Source: a virus
Direction: 5' to 3' (one strand)
IMG/VR virus record: IMGVR_UViG_3300025015_000001
Length of the DNA: 64,000 nucleotides
The translations under genes and the position numbers were made by a program. Below the pieces are notes generated by a model. The model was not told the DNA's origin and made no database searches. It worked only from the letters and a program-made list of their open reading frames with translations. Below are positions 29,010 through 39,049 of this stretch, in pieces. Each line of letters opens with the position of its first letter. The first letter of the stretch is position 1.

Positions 29010-29243
29010 TTATTCTTTTACATACTTCTTCGTAAGTTCATCAAATATTTTGGTAGCTTCTGCCATAGCTTCATCAGTAGTTTCAGAATATGCCTTTACT
29101 GTGAAGCGTACCTCATTCTTCGCTCCCAATGTTATCTCGACACTATTGGGATTAAGTGCCTTTGTAGCGTCCACATTGTCAACATGTATCTCCCCATTCG
29201 CATTTCTTTTAAATGACATTCCTTCCATTTTAGTATCCTCCAT
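29010..29243 (-). CDS. hypothetical protein sharing N-terminus with 26187-26600
   Basis: MEGMSFKRNANGEIHVDNV. Confidence 0.65.
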   Translation of the reverse strand: MEDTKMEGMSFKRNANGEIHVDNVDATKALNPNSVEITLGAKNEVRFTVKAYSETTDEAMAEATKIFDELTKKYVKE

Positions 29244-29257
29244 TTTAATAGTAAATT

Positions 29258-29590
29258 TTAAATACCAAGTTTTGTAATTGTTTCTATATGCTGCCTAGCT
29301 AAGCTTCTTAATGCTTCGCGCCGTTCTGCTACAGAAAGTATTTGTTTTATATCTGTAGATAACTCCGCCGCTATATGATTTACTATTCTATCTGCGAGCT
29401 CGTTCTCAAGACGAGTAGCCATAGCTTGCTGTAACTTTTTAGTATCAACAAGCTTCCATACGCCTGCCATAAAGTCAGCTGGAATTTTTACTCTACTGCT
29501 GTAGTCAGGTATTACCCACCCGCCATCCGATATAAATCTAAGCACAGCTTTTTCTGCTAAGTTCTTAACTTCTCTTTCAAAGTCACTCAT
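29258..29590 (-). CDS. hypothetical protein
   Basis: 110 aa, GAGGA RBS; ends HIETITKLGI. Confidence 0.7.
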   Translation of the reverse strand: MSDFEREVKNLAEKAVLRFISDGGWVIPDYSSRVKIPADFMAGVWKLVDTKKLQQAMATRLENELADRIVNHIAAELSTDIKQILSVAERREALRSLARQHIETITKLGI

Positions 29591-29616
29591 GTTAGTTTCC
29601 TCCTCTATGTAGTTCT

Positions 29617-29961
29617 CTAGGCGGAGCCTAGAGCTTTTTCAAATTTATTTTTAAGTCTATTATATTCTATTAATTCTCTCGTATCTATATCCTTTTGTTT
29701 TTTCTTCTCCTCCTGTAGTAGTATACTCTTATGGTGCTCCGCTGCTATTACTCCTAATTTATATAATTCATCTATATCATATTTGTTATTTTCATCTAAT
29801 TTTATTAATTCTAATTCTGGTTCGTCATCGTGTATTGCTGCGATTATTATACAGTAAGAATCATCGGAGAATACTATACCTAAGTTCCCATTAAATTCAT
29901 TGAGCCTAATCTTACTGATTGTTTTTCCTACTAATTCATTCTCATTTATTATACATTTCAT
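29617..29961 (-). CDS. hypothetical protein, paralog of 31751-32080
   Basis: MKCI..N.L.GKTI..I...G.VF.DD.YCII..KLG.I. Confidence 0.7.
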   Translation of the reverse strand: MKCIINENELVGKTISKIRLNEFNGNLGIVFSDDSYCIIIAAIHDDEPELELIKLDENNKYDIDELYKLGVIAAEHHKSILLQEEKKKQKDIDTRELIEYNRLKNKFEKALGSA

Positions 29962-29963
29962 AA

Positions 29964-30203
29964 TTATTCGCCTCCTAATTTTCTTTTTAATTTCTCGTAC
30001 CTAAGCATAGTCTCAAATGTAGGTATTTGACTACTCTTGAATAATACGTACCACTTCATGGTGCTACTATGTGAGCCAGCGCTGTCCCAATCAAGTAAAC
30101 ATTCTACATAATATCTACTGTCCTCTTCCGATACTCTAGTTATCACATATAAAGAGCTAGCATAACTGGAAGATATCAAATCACCTACTTTAAATTTATT
30201 CAT
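29964..30203 (-). CDS. small KOW/SH3-like protein
   Basis: MNKFKVGDLI start. Confidence 0.6.
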   Translation of the reverse strand: MNKFKVGDLISSSYASSLYVITRVSEEDSRYYVECLLDWDSAGSHSSTMKWYVLFKSSQIPTFETMLRYEKLKRKLGGE

Positions 30204-30346
30204 GATGCAAACCAGTTATGGCATGTTTCACAGTAGAGTAACCCACTATGTACTTCATCTAAACCACTCTCACACACAGGACATATTTCATCGTCATTCA
30301 CAGTTAGCTCCTATCATAACAAATCAAATCAAATAGTAATCAGCTA

Positions 30347-30589
30347 CTATCCGGTCTGCGCATCTAAAATACTATTAATAGATTCCTCTTTAATAGCTAT
30401 TCCCTCCACCAAAAGTTCAATTTCTCTTTTTAATTTTTCTATTAGAATCGGAGGCTTCTCGGAAATATAATACCATTGCTCACCTTCCCCAGTTATAATC
30501 ATATGATTACCAAATGTTTCAACCTTATAATTATAAACTTTACCATTCTGATTGGTGAGAGTCAGTTCTCCTTTGCTAGAGTAAGACAT
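30347..30589 (-). CDS. hypothetical protein
   Basis: 80 aa with GGAG RBS. Confidence 0.55.
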   Translation of the reverse strand: MSYSSKGELTLTNQNGKVYNYKVETFGNHMIITGEGEQWYYISEKPPILIEKLKREIELLVEGIAIKEESINSILDAQTG

Positions 30590-30765
30590 AAGTTCTTCTC
30601 CTATTTTAGAATTTCTAAAATTATATTTCTATATACTCATCGTAGCATTCTGTAGAATTAGGACTTAATTTTAGTTTACACTGATACATGATAAACCCAT
30701 TATCTTCTAACTTGATTGCATTATAGCAACTATCACATAATATTTTATGTTTCATAGTCAACCCC

Positions 30766-30978
30766 TCAACATTTTGTTGATATCATTCTGGAAACGTCCC
30801 ACTCATCTGCCTCGTCTACCAATACTATATAGTCTTCTTTTAATGCAGCAAGAACATTATTTACTATAGCCTGCTCGTCTCCTAAATTAGAATTAAAATA
30901 ATTAATAAGAAGTTGTTCAAATGTAAACTCATTCATAAGGTCATCACCTTTCTTATAAGTATTCATGTTAGCCTCCAA
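30766..30978 (-). CDS. hypothetical protein
   Basis: 70-aa ORF. Confidence 0.5.
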   Translation of the reverse strand: MEANMNTYKKGDDLMNEFTFEQLLINYFNSNLGDEQAIVNNVLAALKEDYIVLVDEADEWDVSRMISTKC

Positions 30979-31167
30979 TTAATCATTTTAGAAATTCTAA
31001 AATTATTTCCACGTATAAAAATTACGAACTTCTGTTGAGTATTTAATAATTTTTATTAGTTCTTTAGCTGTATCATGGTTGCAGTCTGGCCTGTCTTCAT
31101 AGATTTCATCAAGATATTCAGTTACCTTTAGTTCTAACTCAGTAGCTTTTGCCATAATCACTCCATA

Positions 31168-31395
31168 CTAATTTATTATGTTACTTTCTTCCATCTGAAT
31201 CATTAGTGAGTTAATCATATTATTGCTTGAGTTATATAAAGCATTACTACAGTATGAATATGCTAGCATATCAATTTGCTCCTCTGTTAAATTAAAATCA
31301 CTAAATGATTTGGGATTTTTTACCACGGTCTCTTTTACTACATCAAGGTGTTTCTTCTGCACAGTCCTTTCTAGCTTGTAAAATGCCACCATCAT
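31168..31395 (-). CDS. hypothetical protein
   Basis: 75 aa with GGAGG RBS. Confidence 0.55.
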   Translation of the reverse strand: MMVAFYKLERTVQKKHLDVVKETVVKNPKSFSDFNLTEEQIDMLAYSYCSNALYNSSNNMINSLMIQMEESNIIN

Positions 31396-31428
31396 TGCAC
31401 CTCCGTCAAGAAATTAAAATATCAGCAT

Positions 31429-31656
31429 TCAGATTCCATATCTCCCATTTACAGGAGAGTGGGCTCTATTAGAGATATTACAGCTATCACAGAGTCTGTA
31501 TTTGTTTATTATAATATTTTCTGATTGCCTTGACATGGTTACTTTATTATAGTCAGGAAGTTCTGTATTACATTTTAAACATTTATGAATTTTTATTTTT
31601 TTATTTTTGACTATGCTTCTATATATTTGATAATTTGTGTTAGACAGGACTAGCAT
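31429..31656 (-). CDS. small zinc-finger protein
   Basis: CLKC and CDSC. Confidence 0.5.
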   Translation of the reverse strand: MLVLSNTNYQIYRSIVKNKKIKIHKCLKCNTELPDYNKVTMSRQSENIIINKYRLCDSCNISNRAHSPVNGRYGI

Positions 31657-31750
31657 GCGTTCCCCTTTACATTATTTTTTAGAATTTCTAAATACCCTTC
31701 TAGCTTTTGTATCTTTAAAACCATTTCTGACCTATGTTTACCCTAGGGCA

Positions 31751-32080
31751 CTACTTTTCAAATTTATCCTTAAGTTCCATATACTTAAAATAGTCTGCTA
31801 TTTCTTTTCTCTTATTCTCAATTTTTTCATTCTCAGCTTTCTTTTTTTCATATTCTTCCTTAGTTATAATACCAAGCTTAAATTCAGTATCTATGCCATA
31901 GTTAGTAGCATTGTAGGCTAGCAAACGTACACTAGATGACCCATCAATATAATCAGATTTTGAATTAATTATACAGTATGTGTCATCTATAAATACCAAC
32001 CCAACACTATCCCAATCAAGCACCACAATTTCCCTAATTGTTTTACCTTTAATATCCTGGAACTCGGTTATACATTTCAT
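31751..32080 (-). CDS. hypothetical protein, paralog of 29617-29961
   Basis: collinear similarity. Confidence 0.7.
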   Translation of the reverse strand: MKCITEFQDIKGKTIREIVVLDWDSVGLVFIDDTYCIINSKSDYIDGSSSVRLLAYNATNYGIDTEFKLGIITKEEYEKKKAENEKIENKRKEIADYFKYMELKDKFEK

Positions 32081-32093
32081 TTTATTACACCTC

Positions 32094-32282
32094 TTAATTT
32101 TCTAATAATGTATCTGGTATATTGTTAAAGCTCTTGATAGCACCATCATTACTAAATGTACCAGAGTCACCAGCCCATCCTTTGTGAGAACCATCACTGC
32201 TGTACACATGTATAGTCCCATCAGCATGCTTATCCTTCCACCCAATATGATTGCCACCTGCATCAAAAATATTTTCTCTCAT
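32094..32282 (-). CDS. small beta-rich protein
   Basis: repeated (F/Y)D/S.GG.H.GW motif. Confidence 0.55.
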   Translation of the reverse strand: MRENIFDAGGNHIGWKDKHADGTIHVYSSDGSHKGWAGDSGTFSNDGAIKSFNNIPDTLLEN

Positions 32283-33686
32283 TTGTTATTCTCCTTTCAT
32301 TTTTTAGAATTTCTAAATTTTGGTATTTAAATAGTAGATAATTACATTGCTGTATCAGAATATCTTTATCATTTAATGCAGGATTTTCCATTACCATCTC
32401 AAAGCAATCCTTTAATAGACTGCCTATAGTCTTTCCTTGCGGAAGAGCAAACTCTTCCATTATATCATTACCGTTTATAGCGAGATGTTTTAGACTGAAT
32501 ACATTTGACTTAGCTTTTATTTCTAGATATCTACGCTTTAATAATGTGCCCTCTATGTCCAGTGCACCCCCCCGCGTGGTTCTTTTAGACCATTCCCAAT
32601 CATGTCCGCCCATTTTAGTATACAAATGTCATCTACATATTCTTCCCCTAACTTATTTACAAATCTTCTTATAGCAGAATCTTTCATTTCCATAGAAGCC
32701 ATGAACATATGGTGCTTGACTAGATTACAGACATACTCGATATCATCATTGCTAAACTTCAAACGTGTCATTATCTTTCTAGCTATCTCCTCCGATACGT
32801 ACTCATGATTATGAAACGATGCTTCTGGTGTACTATAGTATGTACATGTGTACACTTTGCCTAAATCATGAAACAATGCTGCCCATCTTATTAAGGGATA
32901 CTCTTTAGGAACTGCATCTATTGCTTCCATTGTGTGTCTGAACACGTCATGTTTGTGATATTTATTTTGCAGAAACCCGTAACACTTTTCAAGTTCAGGC
33001 AGAATATTATTGAGCAAATGAGATTGGTACAGCATATAAAACATAACAGATGGTTCATCAGACTTGTTAAAACATTTATCTATCTCAGATTTAATTCGTT
33101 CAATTGATATATTTTTAATATTTCCACCTAAGAGATATATAGCTTCTTCTGTAGCCGTATCCAAAGTAAACCCTAGTGTAGCTGCAAATCTAAATGCTCT
33201 AAGCATTCTAAGATAATCCTCTTTAAATCTGTCATGTGGGTTACCCACACATTGTATTATTTTATTATGTATGTCAGCTATACCATTGTAGGGGTCAATA
33301 AATTTATTATTAAATGGATCGTATGCAATTGCATTAATTGTAAAATCCCGTCTGGTTAGATCTTCTATTAGGTCATTAATGAATTCAACTTTAGCATACC
33401 TCCCATCACAACTAACATCTTTCCTGAATACAGTAATCTCATACCCTTTGTTGGGATTAAGATGTTCATGTATCACAGTAACTGTGCCATGTGCTATTCC
33501 AGTGGGTATAGCTTTAAAATGTTCTTTACTAAACATATTCAGTAGCCCATTAGGTGGTGCATCAGTCGCTATATCTATATCAGAGGATGATTTTCCTAAT
33601 ATTAAATCTCTAACAAATCCACCAACTAAATATGATTGGTAGCCATTGTCTTTTAATATCTTGCATATCTCCATTGCAATTATCAT
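32263..33686 (-). CDS. CCA-adding tRNA nucleotidyltransferase with HD domain (1-nt frameshift at G7 run about 32570)
   Basis: YLVGGFVRD..DIDIAT, DLTRRDFTINA, EDYLRMLRAFRF, ERI..E, HDLGK; C-terminal LAINGNDIM...G..IG in the next frame. Confidence 0.9.
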
Positions 33687-34161
33687 AGCGCTCCCACTTA
33701 ATTTTAGAATTTCTAAAACCCAATTGACAAGGCATAGCAAAAATCAATGCCAAGATTTTCAAGCACATCCTCTAAGTCATCATTGGAACTACCTGCATTA
33801 TATACAGATTTAGCTACATCTTATTGGGGCCGTCTCTACTCGTATTGGTGTTACATAACTGACTTCAAGAACACCTACTATTATTTTCATTTGAAACTTC
33901 ATTTTACCTCCAATACTAATTTTGCTATCGCTATTATTTCTTTTGCCGCAGATACCTTACCATAAAGAAATGCCTTCCCCTCTGATGGCATTTCTTTACT
34001 CAATAACTTCTCATATACTTTTTGCTGCTCTTCCAATATTTCTATTAATTTATTAGCATTCATATAGGCTAACTCTCCTTTGTTATGTCTACAATAAAAC
34101 TGTTACTAAACTCCATATCTCCAATACCATAATCTTACTATATCATTTATATTAATAGTAG

Positions 34162-34434
34162 TCACTTCTTTCCCCCTTTTAAATACCAGTCTAAGCGCTT
34201 AGCTAAAGTATCTTCTCCAATATCCCCAGAGTAAAACCACTCGATATCATGTGCCAGTTTACCAGCTAAATCAATGGTCCTTTGGCAATCCTGAATAAGC
34301 TTAAGTACGTCTGGGCTGACACTAGGAGAGTAACCAAAATCGTCTTTAGTCTCATTCTCATCTATTTTATTTTGTAAGTTCTCTGCAAACTGTGAAATCC
34401 TAAAACACCCGTAATCAAATGAACCGCCTGACAT
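34162..34434 (-). CDS. conserved phage protein
   Basis: MSGGSFDY start; HDIEWFYSGD. Confidence 0.7.
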   Translation of the reverse strand: MSGGSFDYGCFRISQFAENLQNKIDENETKDDFGYSPSVSPDVLKLIQDCQRTIDLAGKLAHDIEWFYSGDIGEDTLAKRLDWYLKGGKK

Positions 34435-34469
34435 ATTACCCTCCTTATTAGTTTTTAGAAATTCTAAAT

Positions 34470-34796
34470 TTACAATCTGCAGGTTGTAGACTGGCTTAGT
34501 GTAATACCAATAAACTTATAGCATCTCTCAGCACAGGCCACCCATGTACTGGTATTATCTGGGTGTATAATGAATTGCTTATTACCATTGTATATATGAG
34601 AAATACAGTTCAATACATCTTCGTCCCTTTTTAATGTAAGTATAAATAGCATAACATTACCGGTAGTTTTTGTATCAGTAATTCTACTAGCTATGTTATT
34701 AAATACAAACGCGAAAGGTTTAATAATTTCTTCTTCCCTCAATGGCAAGCCTTTTAATATTTTGTCTTCTATTGATAGTTTGCTATCCGCAAGCAT
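34470..34796 (-). CDS. hypothetical protein
   Basis: 108-aa ORF flanked by two 17-bp palindromes. Confidence 0.55.
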   Translation of the reverse strand: MLADSKLSIEDKILKGLPLREEEIIKPFAFVFNNIASRITDTKTTGNVMLFILTLKRDEDVLNCISHIYNGNKQFIIHPDNTSTWVACAERCYKFIGITLSQSTTCRL

Positions 34797-34885
34797 AATT
34801 TCTCTCCTTTAGAAATTCTAAAAAATAAATGAGTAGCTGGAGTATAATTAGATAGACTAAATAGAATCCTACGACTCATTTATTA

Positions 34886-35290
34886 TTACAGTGTTTCTAC
34901 CATTTTCTTAAGCTCCTCAAGAGACACACCCAAAAGCTTCTCATCTTCCTTCTGTGCAATGATGGATAGAAGCTTCTGCTTCTTCTCCTTAGCAACCATA
35001 GCTAACTCTGCTGTCTCAGCTTCCTTCAATCTTATGTCAATAACATGCTTAACTATATCGAATTTAAGCTGAAGAGCCTCGTCAGTCTTCCTTGCTCTCT
35101 GGACAAAACTCACATCAGTTTCGCTATCCTTCAATTTATGAAAGATATCCTTGGCGATATTATCTAAGCTTACTCCATCAGTCTTTGTGGTGATTAGTGG
35201 CATATCCCACAAATCCTCCACTGTAACTCCACCCTTTGCTGTATCAAACCGTACCTTCTGCCTACTTGCCTGTTCAAACATTGTTTCCAT
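34886..35290 (-). CDS. conserved phage protein
   Basis: FEQASRQKVRF.T.KG...VEDLWD.PL motif. Confidence 0.75.
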   Translation of the reverse strand: METMFEQASRQKVRFDTAKGGVTVEDLWDMPLITTKTDGVSLDNIAKDIFHKLKDSETDVSFVQRARKTDEALQLKFDIVKHVIDIRLKEAETAELAMVAKEKKQKLLSIIAQKEDEKLLGVSLEELKKMVETL

Positions 35291-35301
35291 GACTTCCTCC
35301 T

Positions 35302-37314
35302 TTAAAAGTTAATTTTAACTACACGATTGAAACTTCCCTTAACTTTACATAATACACTGTTTCTTTGTGTTGATGAGAAACCAAGACCACTTAACTGATT
35401 GTTAGATTCCTCAGTCTTCATCTTTGCTCCAACTACTTCAAATACCTTTCTATGTGCACTAAGTTCATCGGTTAGAAATTCATTAAAGAATCCTCTTGCC
35501 TTACCATCATTCAAGCAATCATCAAGCATAAAGAAATAGTGCTTATTACCAACGACTTTATCATCCCAGTGATTAGGTGAAAACATTACCATTGAGACTT
35601 TATGAAATGCCTGTGTTGAAATATTCCAAACTTCTTTTGTAGTCTGAGAAGGTGGTAAAGAATTAATAATCTCAAAACCATTCTTATGTGTATACTTAAT
35701 CTCAGCAACAGTTATGGTCTCACCATCTTTAACAGGCTTTGTATAGGAACATGAATGAATTATCCCGTCAAATTCAATCTCTACATCAAAACCAGTGTCA
35801 ACAGTTTCTCTCCTGCTAAAATTATTCACCTGTAGTTTATATATACCTTCTGTAATATGCTTACGGTCTGGATAACAGATATTCTCTACAGGAGTTCTTG
35901 ACCTACCTACACCTACATTCATATCAACATCAAGATTGCCTTTTGTGTGATAAGATACCTTGTGTCCATAGTAAATATGTTCTTTAGGCTCAACCATATG
36001 CAAATCAAGGTCGTCAAAATTAAACCACGATAGAGAGCATCTTAAATCTCCGTCAACCCTACCTCCAGCATTCTTGACTCGTTCCTTGATTGAATCTGCC
36101 AGTTCACCAGCATACGACCATGAAAACTTATTAGGCCATTTAAACATATTCTTGGCATCAGAATCAACAGGTGCTATCAAGCTAACTAAATTTCCTACAT
36201 GCTTGTTTTCAAACATAAGCTCTATAGATTCGGCCTTGGGCAGGATATTGTCGATAAAGGTCTCAATAGTAACTTCTTCAACCTTGTCAAAGTTCTTGAC
36301 AGTCTCTGGTACTTTACTACTAAGCTCATCAAAGATATCAGCATTTAATTTCTTTTTTGTCTCACGATCAGCAAACAAAATATTATTGATTGTTATATCA
36401 TTCATGATAGCATATCTACGTTCAAGTGCAGAGGTAAGCCCAAGTTCCTCAATCTTCTCTTTTGCCTTTTCTATCATAGCTTTTGTAATCAAAGCAGTTG
36501 GACGCTTGTAATTTGTTGGGGCAACTTTTGACTCGAAAGAAGCTACAGATGCTTCAAGCTCACGCCCCTCAGATATGTCAACTAGTAATGTACCAATAGC
36601 AGTATTACGAATACGGGATACTGACTGCGATATAGATTTAATTTGAGACCAGCAAAATATATCTTTCTCTTTAGCAGTCTTCAGTTTGTCAAATTGCTTC
36701 TTAAGCTTCTGAAAACTTTCTATTGCAAATTTATTCTCCTCTCCTCGATACAAAGAATTCTGTGCAATTAGTTCAAGAACAGTATCAATAGCATCAGTAG
36801 TAATCTCTGATAAGCTGCGATACAATACATCTTTTGAACCTTGGAAATCAGCAAGCTTAGTGCCTATACCAGCTTTCCCAACAACTGATTCCCCCGGAAT
36901 CTGCATGAGGAAATGTTCCCAAGTTAAGATTTCTCCTGACTCAAGATTCTGATAATTCTTATCAGTTCCAGCAGTATGTTCGGTGTGTAGAAAAACATTC
37001 TCAATAGATGATTTCTTAATCAATGTAGAGAGAGCATCAGCTACTATCTGATAATGTCCACCAACTTTTACATCCCAAATACTCTCAAGCTTTCCATCAA
37101 TTACAGCAACTACATTTCCTATTGCTCTAATAAACTGCCTGCAACACTGACAGTCATGTTCTGTTCGTTCTCTGAATGTAGTGTTAGTACCCTCTGGAAA
37201 ACTATTGAGATATGTCTGCCAAAGCAAATCTTTATCAACCTGAACCCTGAAAAGACTGTGACTTTTCATTCTATCAAATTGTTTCTGAACTCCTATCTTT
37301 ATATCACTAAACAT
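35302..37314 (-). CDS. large conserved phage protein (670 aa)
   Basis: HDCQCC N-terminus; DLDLH..GNLDVDMN..PVENI domain; function unknown. Confidence 0.8.
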   Translation of the reverse strand: MFSDIKIGVQKQFDRMKSHSLFRVQVDKDLLWQTYLNSFPEGTNTTFRERTEHDCQCCRQFIRAIGNVVAVIDGKLESIWDVKVGGHYQIVADALSTLIKKSSIENVFLHTEHTAGTDKNYQNLESGEILTWEHFLMQIPGESVVGKAGIGTKLADFQGSKDVLYRSLSEITTDAIDTVLELIAQNSLYRGEENKFAIESFQKLKKQFDKLKTAKEKDIFCWSQIKSISQSVSRIRNTAIGTLLVDISEGRELEASVASFESKVAPTNYKRPTALITKAMIEKAKEKIEELGLTSALERRYAIMNDITINNILFADRETKKKLNADIFDELSSKVPETVKNFDKVEEVTIETFIDNILPKAESIELMFENKHVGNLVSLIAPVDSDAKNMFKWPNKFSWSYAGELADSIKERVKNAGGRVDGDLRCSLSWFNFDDLDLHMVEPKEHIYYGHKVSYHTKGNLDVDMNVGVGRSRTPVENICYPDRKHITEGIYKLQVNNFSRRETVDTGFDVEIEFDGIIHSCSYTKPVKDGETITVAEIKYTHKNGFEIINSLPPSQTTKEVWNISTQAFHKVSMVMFSPNHWDDKVVGNKHYFFMLDDCLNDGKARGFFNEFLTDELSAHRKVFEVVGAKMKTEESNNQLSGLGFSSTQRNSVLCKVKGSFNRVVKINF

Positions 37315-37440
37315 AAAGCCTCCTTTATTATTTTAGAAATTCTAAAATTAATTTCTTTAATAATGTCAATAACTTATAATTTTATATCTTTCCTTATAAA
37401 TTTAACTAAGAATTTAAAACTTATGAAGTTTTCTTCTCGC

Positions 37441-37845
37441 TTACTCCTGGGCTACAGCCTCTTTTATTTCTATGGTAAAAGGAGGTTTTATATTTTTTGC
37501 AGCAGCATCAAGTAGTAGTTGTAAATCCCTTACTGTATTTCTTAAATTTTCTTCAGAAGGTGAGGTATTACTATTATATTTATGTCCATCGGCATATTTT
37601 AAATATGTAAATTCATGTAGTCGAGTAGAATTAATCTGAATTCTTCTGGGTGCGTAGTAGTCCTTATCAATATTAAACCCTAACCTGCAAGCACCTGTAT
37701 AAAGAATATTAAAGTTACTTCCTACAAAATCATCCAATTGATTTCTTAATTGTAAGAACCCATCCACACCAATAGTACCAACAGTAATTGTAAGCTTTTT
37801 CATATCTTTCTCCTTTGTGTAAGAAATTGTAGAGTGATTAATCAC
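37441..37845 (-). CDS. hypothetical protein
   Basis: likely start MKKLTIT after GGAG. Confidence 0.55.
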   Translation of the reverse strand: MINHSTISYTKEKDMKKLTITVGTIGVDGFLQLRNQLDDFVGSNFNILYTGACRLGFNIDKDYYAPRRIQINSTRLHEFTYLKYADGHKYNSNTSPSEENLRNTVRDLQLLLDAAAKNIKPPFTIEIKEAVAQE

Positions 37846-38010
37846 TCTTCTTTAAATATATTTTATATAACCTAACATACTTTATATAGATTTGATATTA
37901 TAAATATAAAGTTATTAGTTAATACATATTATTATTTTAGATATTCTAAAATGGTTTGATAAGTAATACATATATAAGAAGGTTTTTACCAACCAAAATT
38001 TTCACATTTT

Positions 38011-38187
38011 ACTATGTAAAACTTACATTCCACTATGCAAACTTTGCATAGCTATACATAACTGTATTATATCATTACAGTTTTTGCTATGAAAACTTTG
38101 CATAGTTATATAAACCCATATAAAATAAGGATTGCATTTATAACTATATAGTTTATTTAATAATTTTACTATGAAAAGTTTGCATAG
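38011..38187. repeat. cluster of four 19-bp palindromes CTATG(C/A)AAA-N-TTTGCATAG
   Basis: 38011 (partial), 38033, 38087, 38169 in an intergenic gap. Confidence 0.8.
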
Positions 38188-38196
38188 TATAAAATA

Positions 38197-38499
38197 TTAC
38201 ATATTCCTTATTATAAGATAGCGCAAGAAACCACCAGCCTCATGCGTAGCTGATGCGCCTACTATGACCCATTCAAGAATATCATTATTATCTACAGCAG
38301 CTCTAAGATACTCATCACCAAAGATCATCATATCATATCTATCAACTACAGAACTACTAAAGGTTATCCAATGAGTATCTTCTACTATACGAATATCATT
38401 ACTATTGTCATTTATACTGTTTCCAGTAATACTGATTGTTCTATCTTCTGCATAGGATATACTGCCTATACATAATAGTATAGCTAGTAGCACTCTCAT
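38197..38499 (-). CDS. secreted hypothetical protein
   Basis: signal-peptide-like MRVLLAILLCIGSISYA; GGAGG RBS. Confidence 0.65.
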   Translation of the reverse strand: MRVLLAILLCIGSISYAEDRTISITGNSINDNSNDIRIVEDTHWITFSSSVVDRYDMMIFGDEYLRAAVDNNDILEWVIVGASATHEAGGFLRYLIIRNM

Positions 38500-38527
38500 T
38501 TGTTGTCCTCCTTTTGTAATAAATAAA

Positions 38528-38601
38528 TGGCTTACCCGCCTCGACTCGAACGAGGATATCTGACTTCAAAGGACAGCGACTTGCCATTAGTCCACGGGTA
38601 A
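38528..38601 (-). tRNA. tRNA-Gln (UUG)
   Basis: acceptor TTACCCG/CGGGTAA, anticodon loop CT-TTG-AA, T-loop GTTCGAGTC, encoded CCA. Confidence 0.9.
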
Positions 38602-38821
38602 CTATGCCCTACCATTAGATGACCCCTTAATATTATTTCTCTATTTTATGCAGATTTCAACAGATTTTAAAAACGCAGCAGCAAAATTGACATGTAATGA
38701 TTTCAATAACTTATGTCAAAATTTACGGGGGTTATATAACCTAAACCATAAATATATTTTATTAGATTTCTCACGTACACTCTCATATGCTTTGATTTTC
38801 TCAAGCATGCTCTTGTATGCT

Positions 38822-39049
38822 TCATTTTAAACTCTTTACTATATTATTAATTGACAAGAATTGTTTAGACTCACATCTAGGACAGATCTTACTGGCATGT
38901 ATAGTTTCACAATTTACACACAGTCTAGCTTGTGATAATGGCATGTGATTAGCCACACTAACCTCTTCTTCTGAGTATATCATTACATCATTAGGAATAA
39001 TATTTTTTAATAACCCTATCATATTTCTCCTTTTAGAATTTATAAACAA
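38822..39049 (-). CDS. small zinc-ribbon protein
   Basis: CVNC...CPRC. Confidence 0.55.
   Translation of the reverse strand: MFINSKRRNMIGLLKNIIPNDVMIYSEEEVSVANHMPLSQARLCVNCETIHASKICPRCESKQFLSINNIVKSLK

Larger units (their letters stand above)
26543..29290. repeat. 120-bp direct repeat pair (26543-26662 and 29171-29290)
   Basis: near-identical sequence spanning a gene end (HIETITKLGI*) and the next gene start (M.GMSFK.NANGEIHVDNV). Confidence 0.9.
21277..29634. repeat. dispersed hairpin CTCTAGGC-NNN-GCCTAGAG (4 copies)
   Basis: 21277-21295, 23311-23327 (partial), 25311-25329, 29616-29634. Confidence 0.85.
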
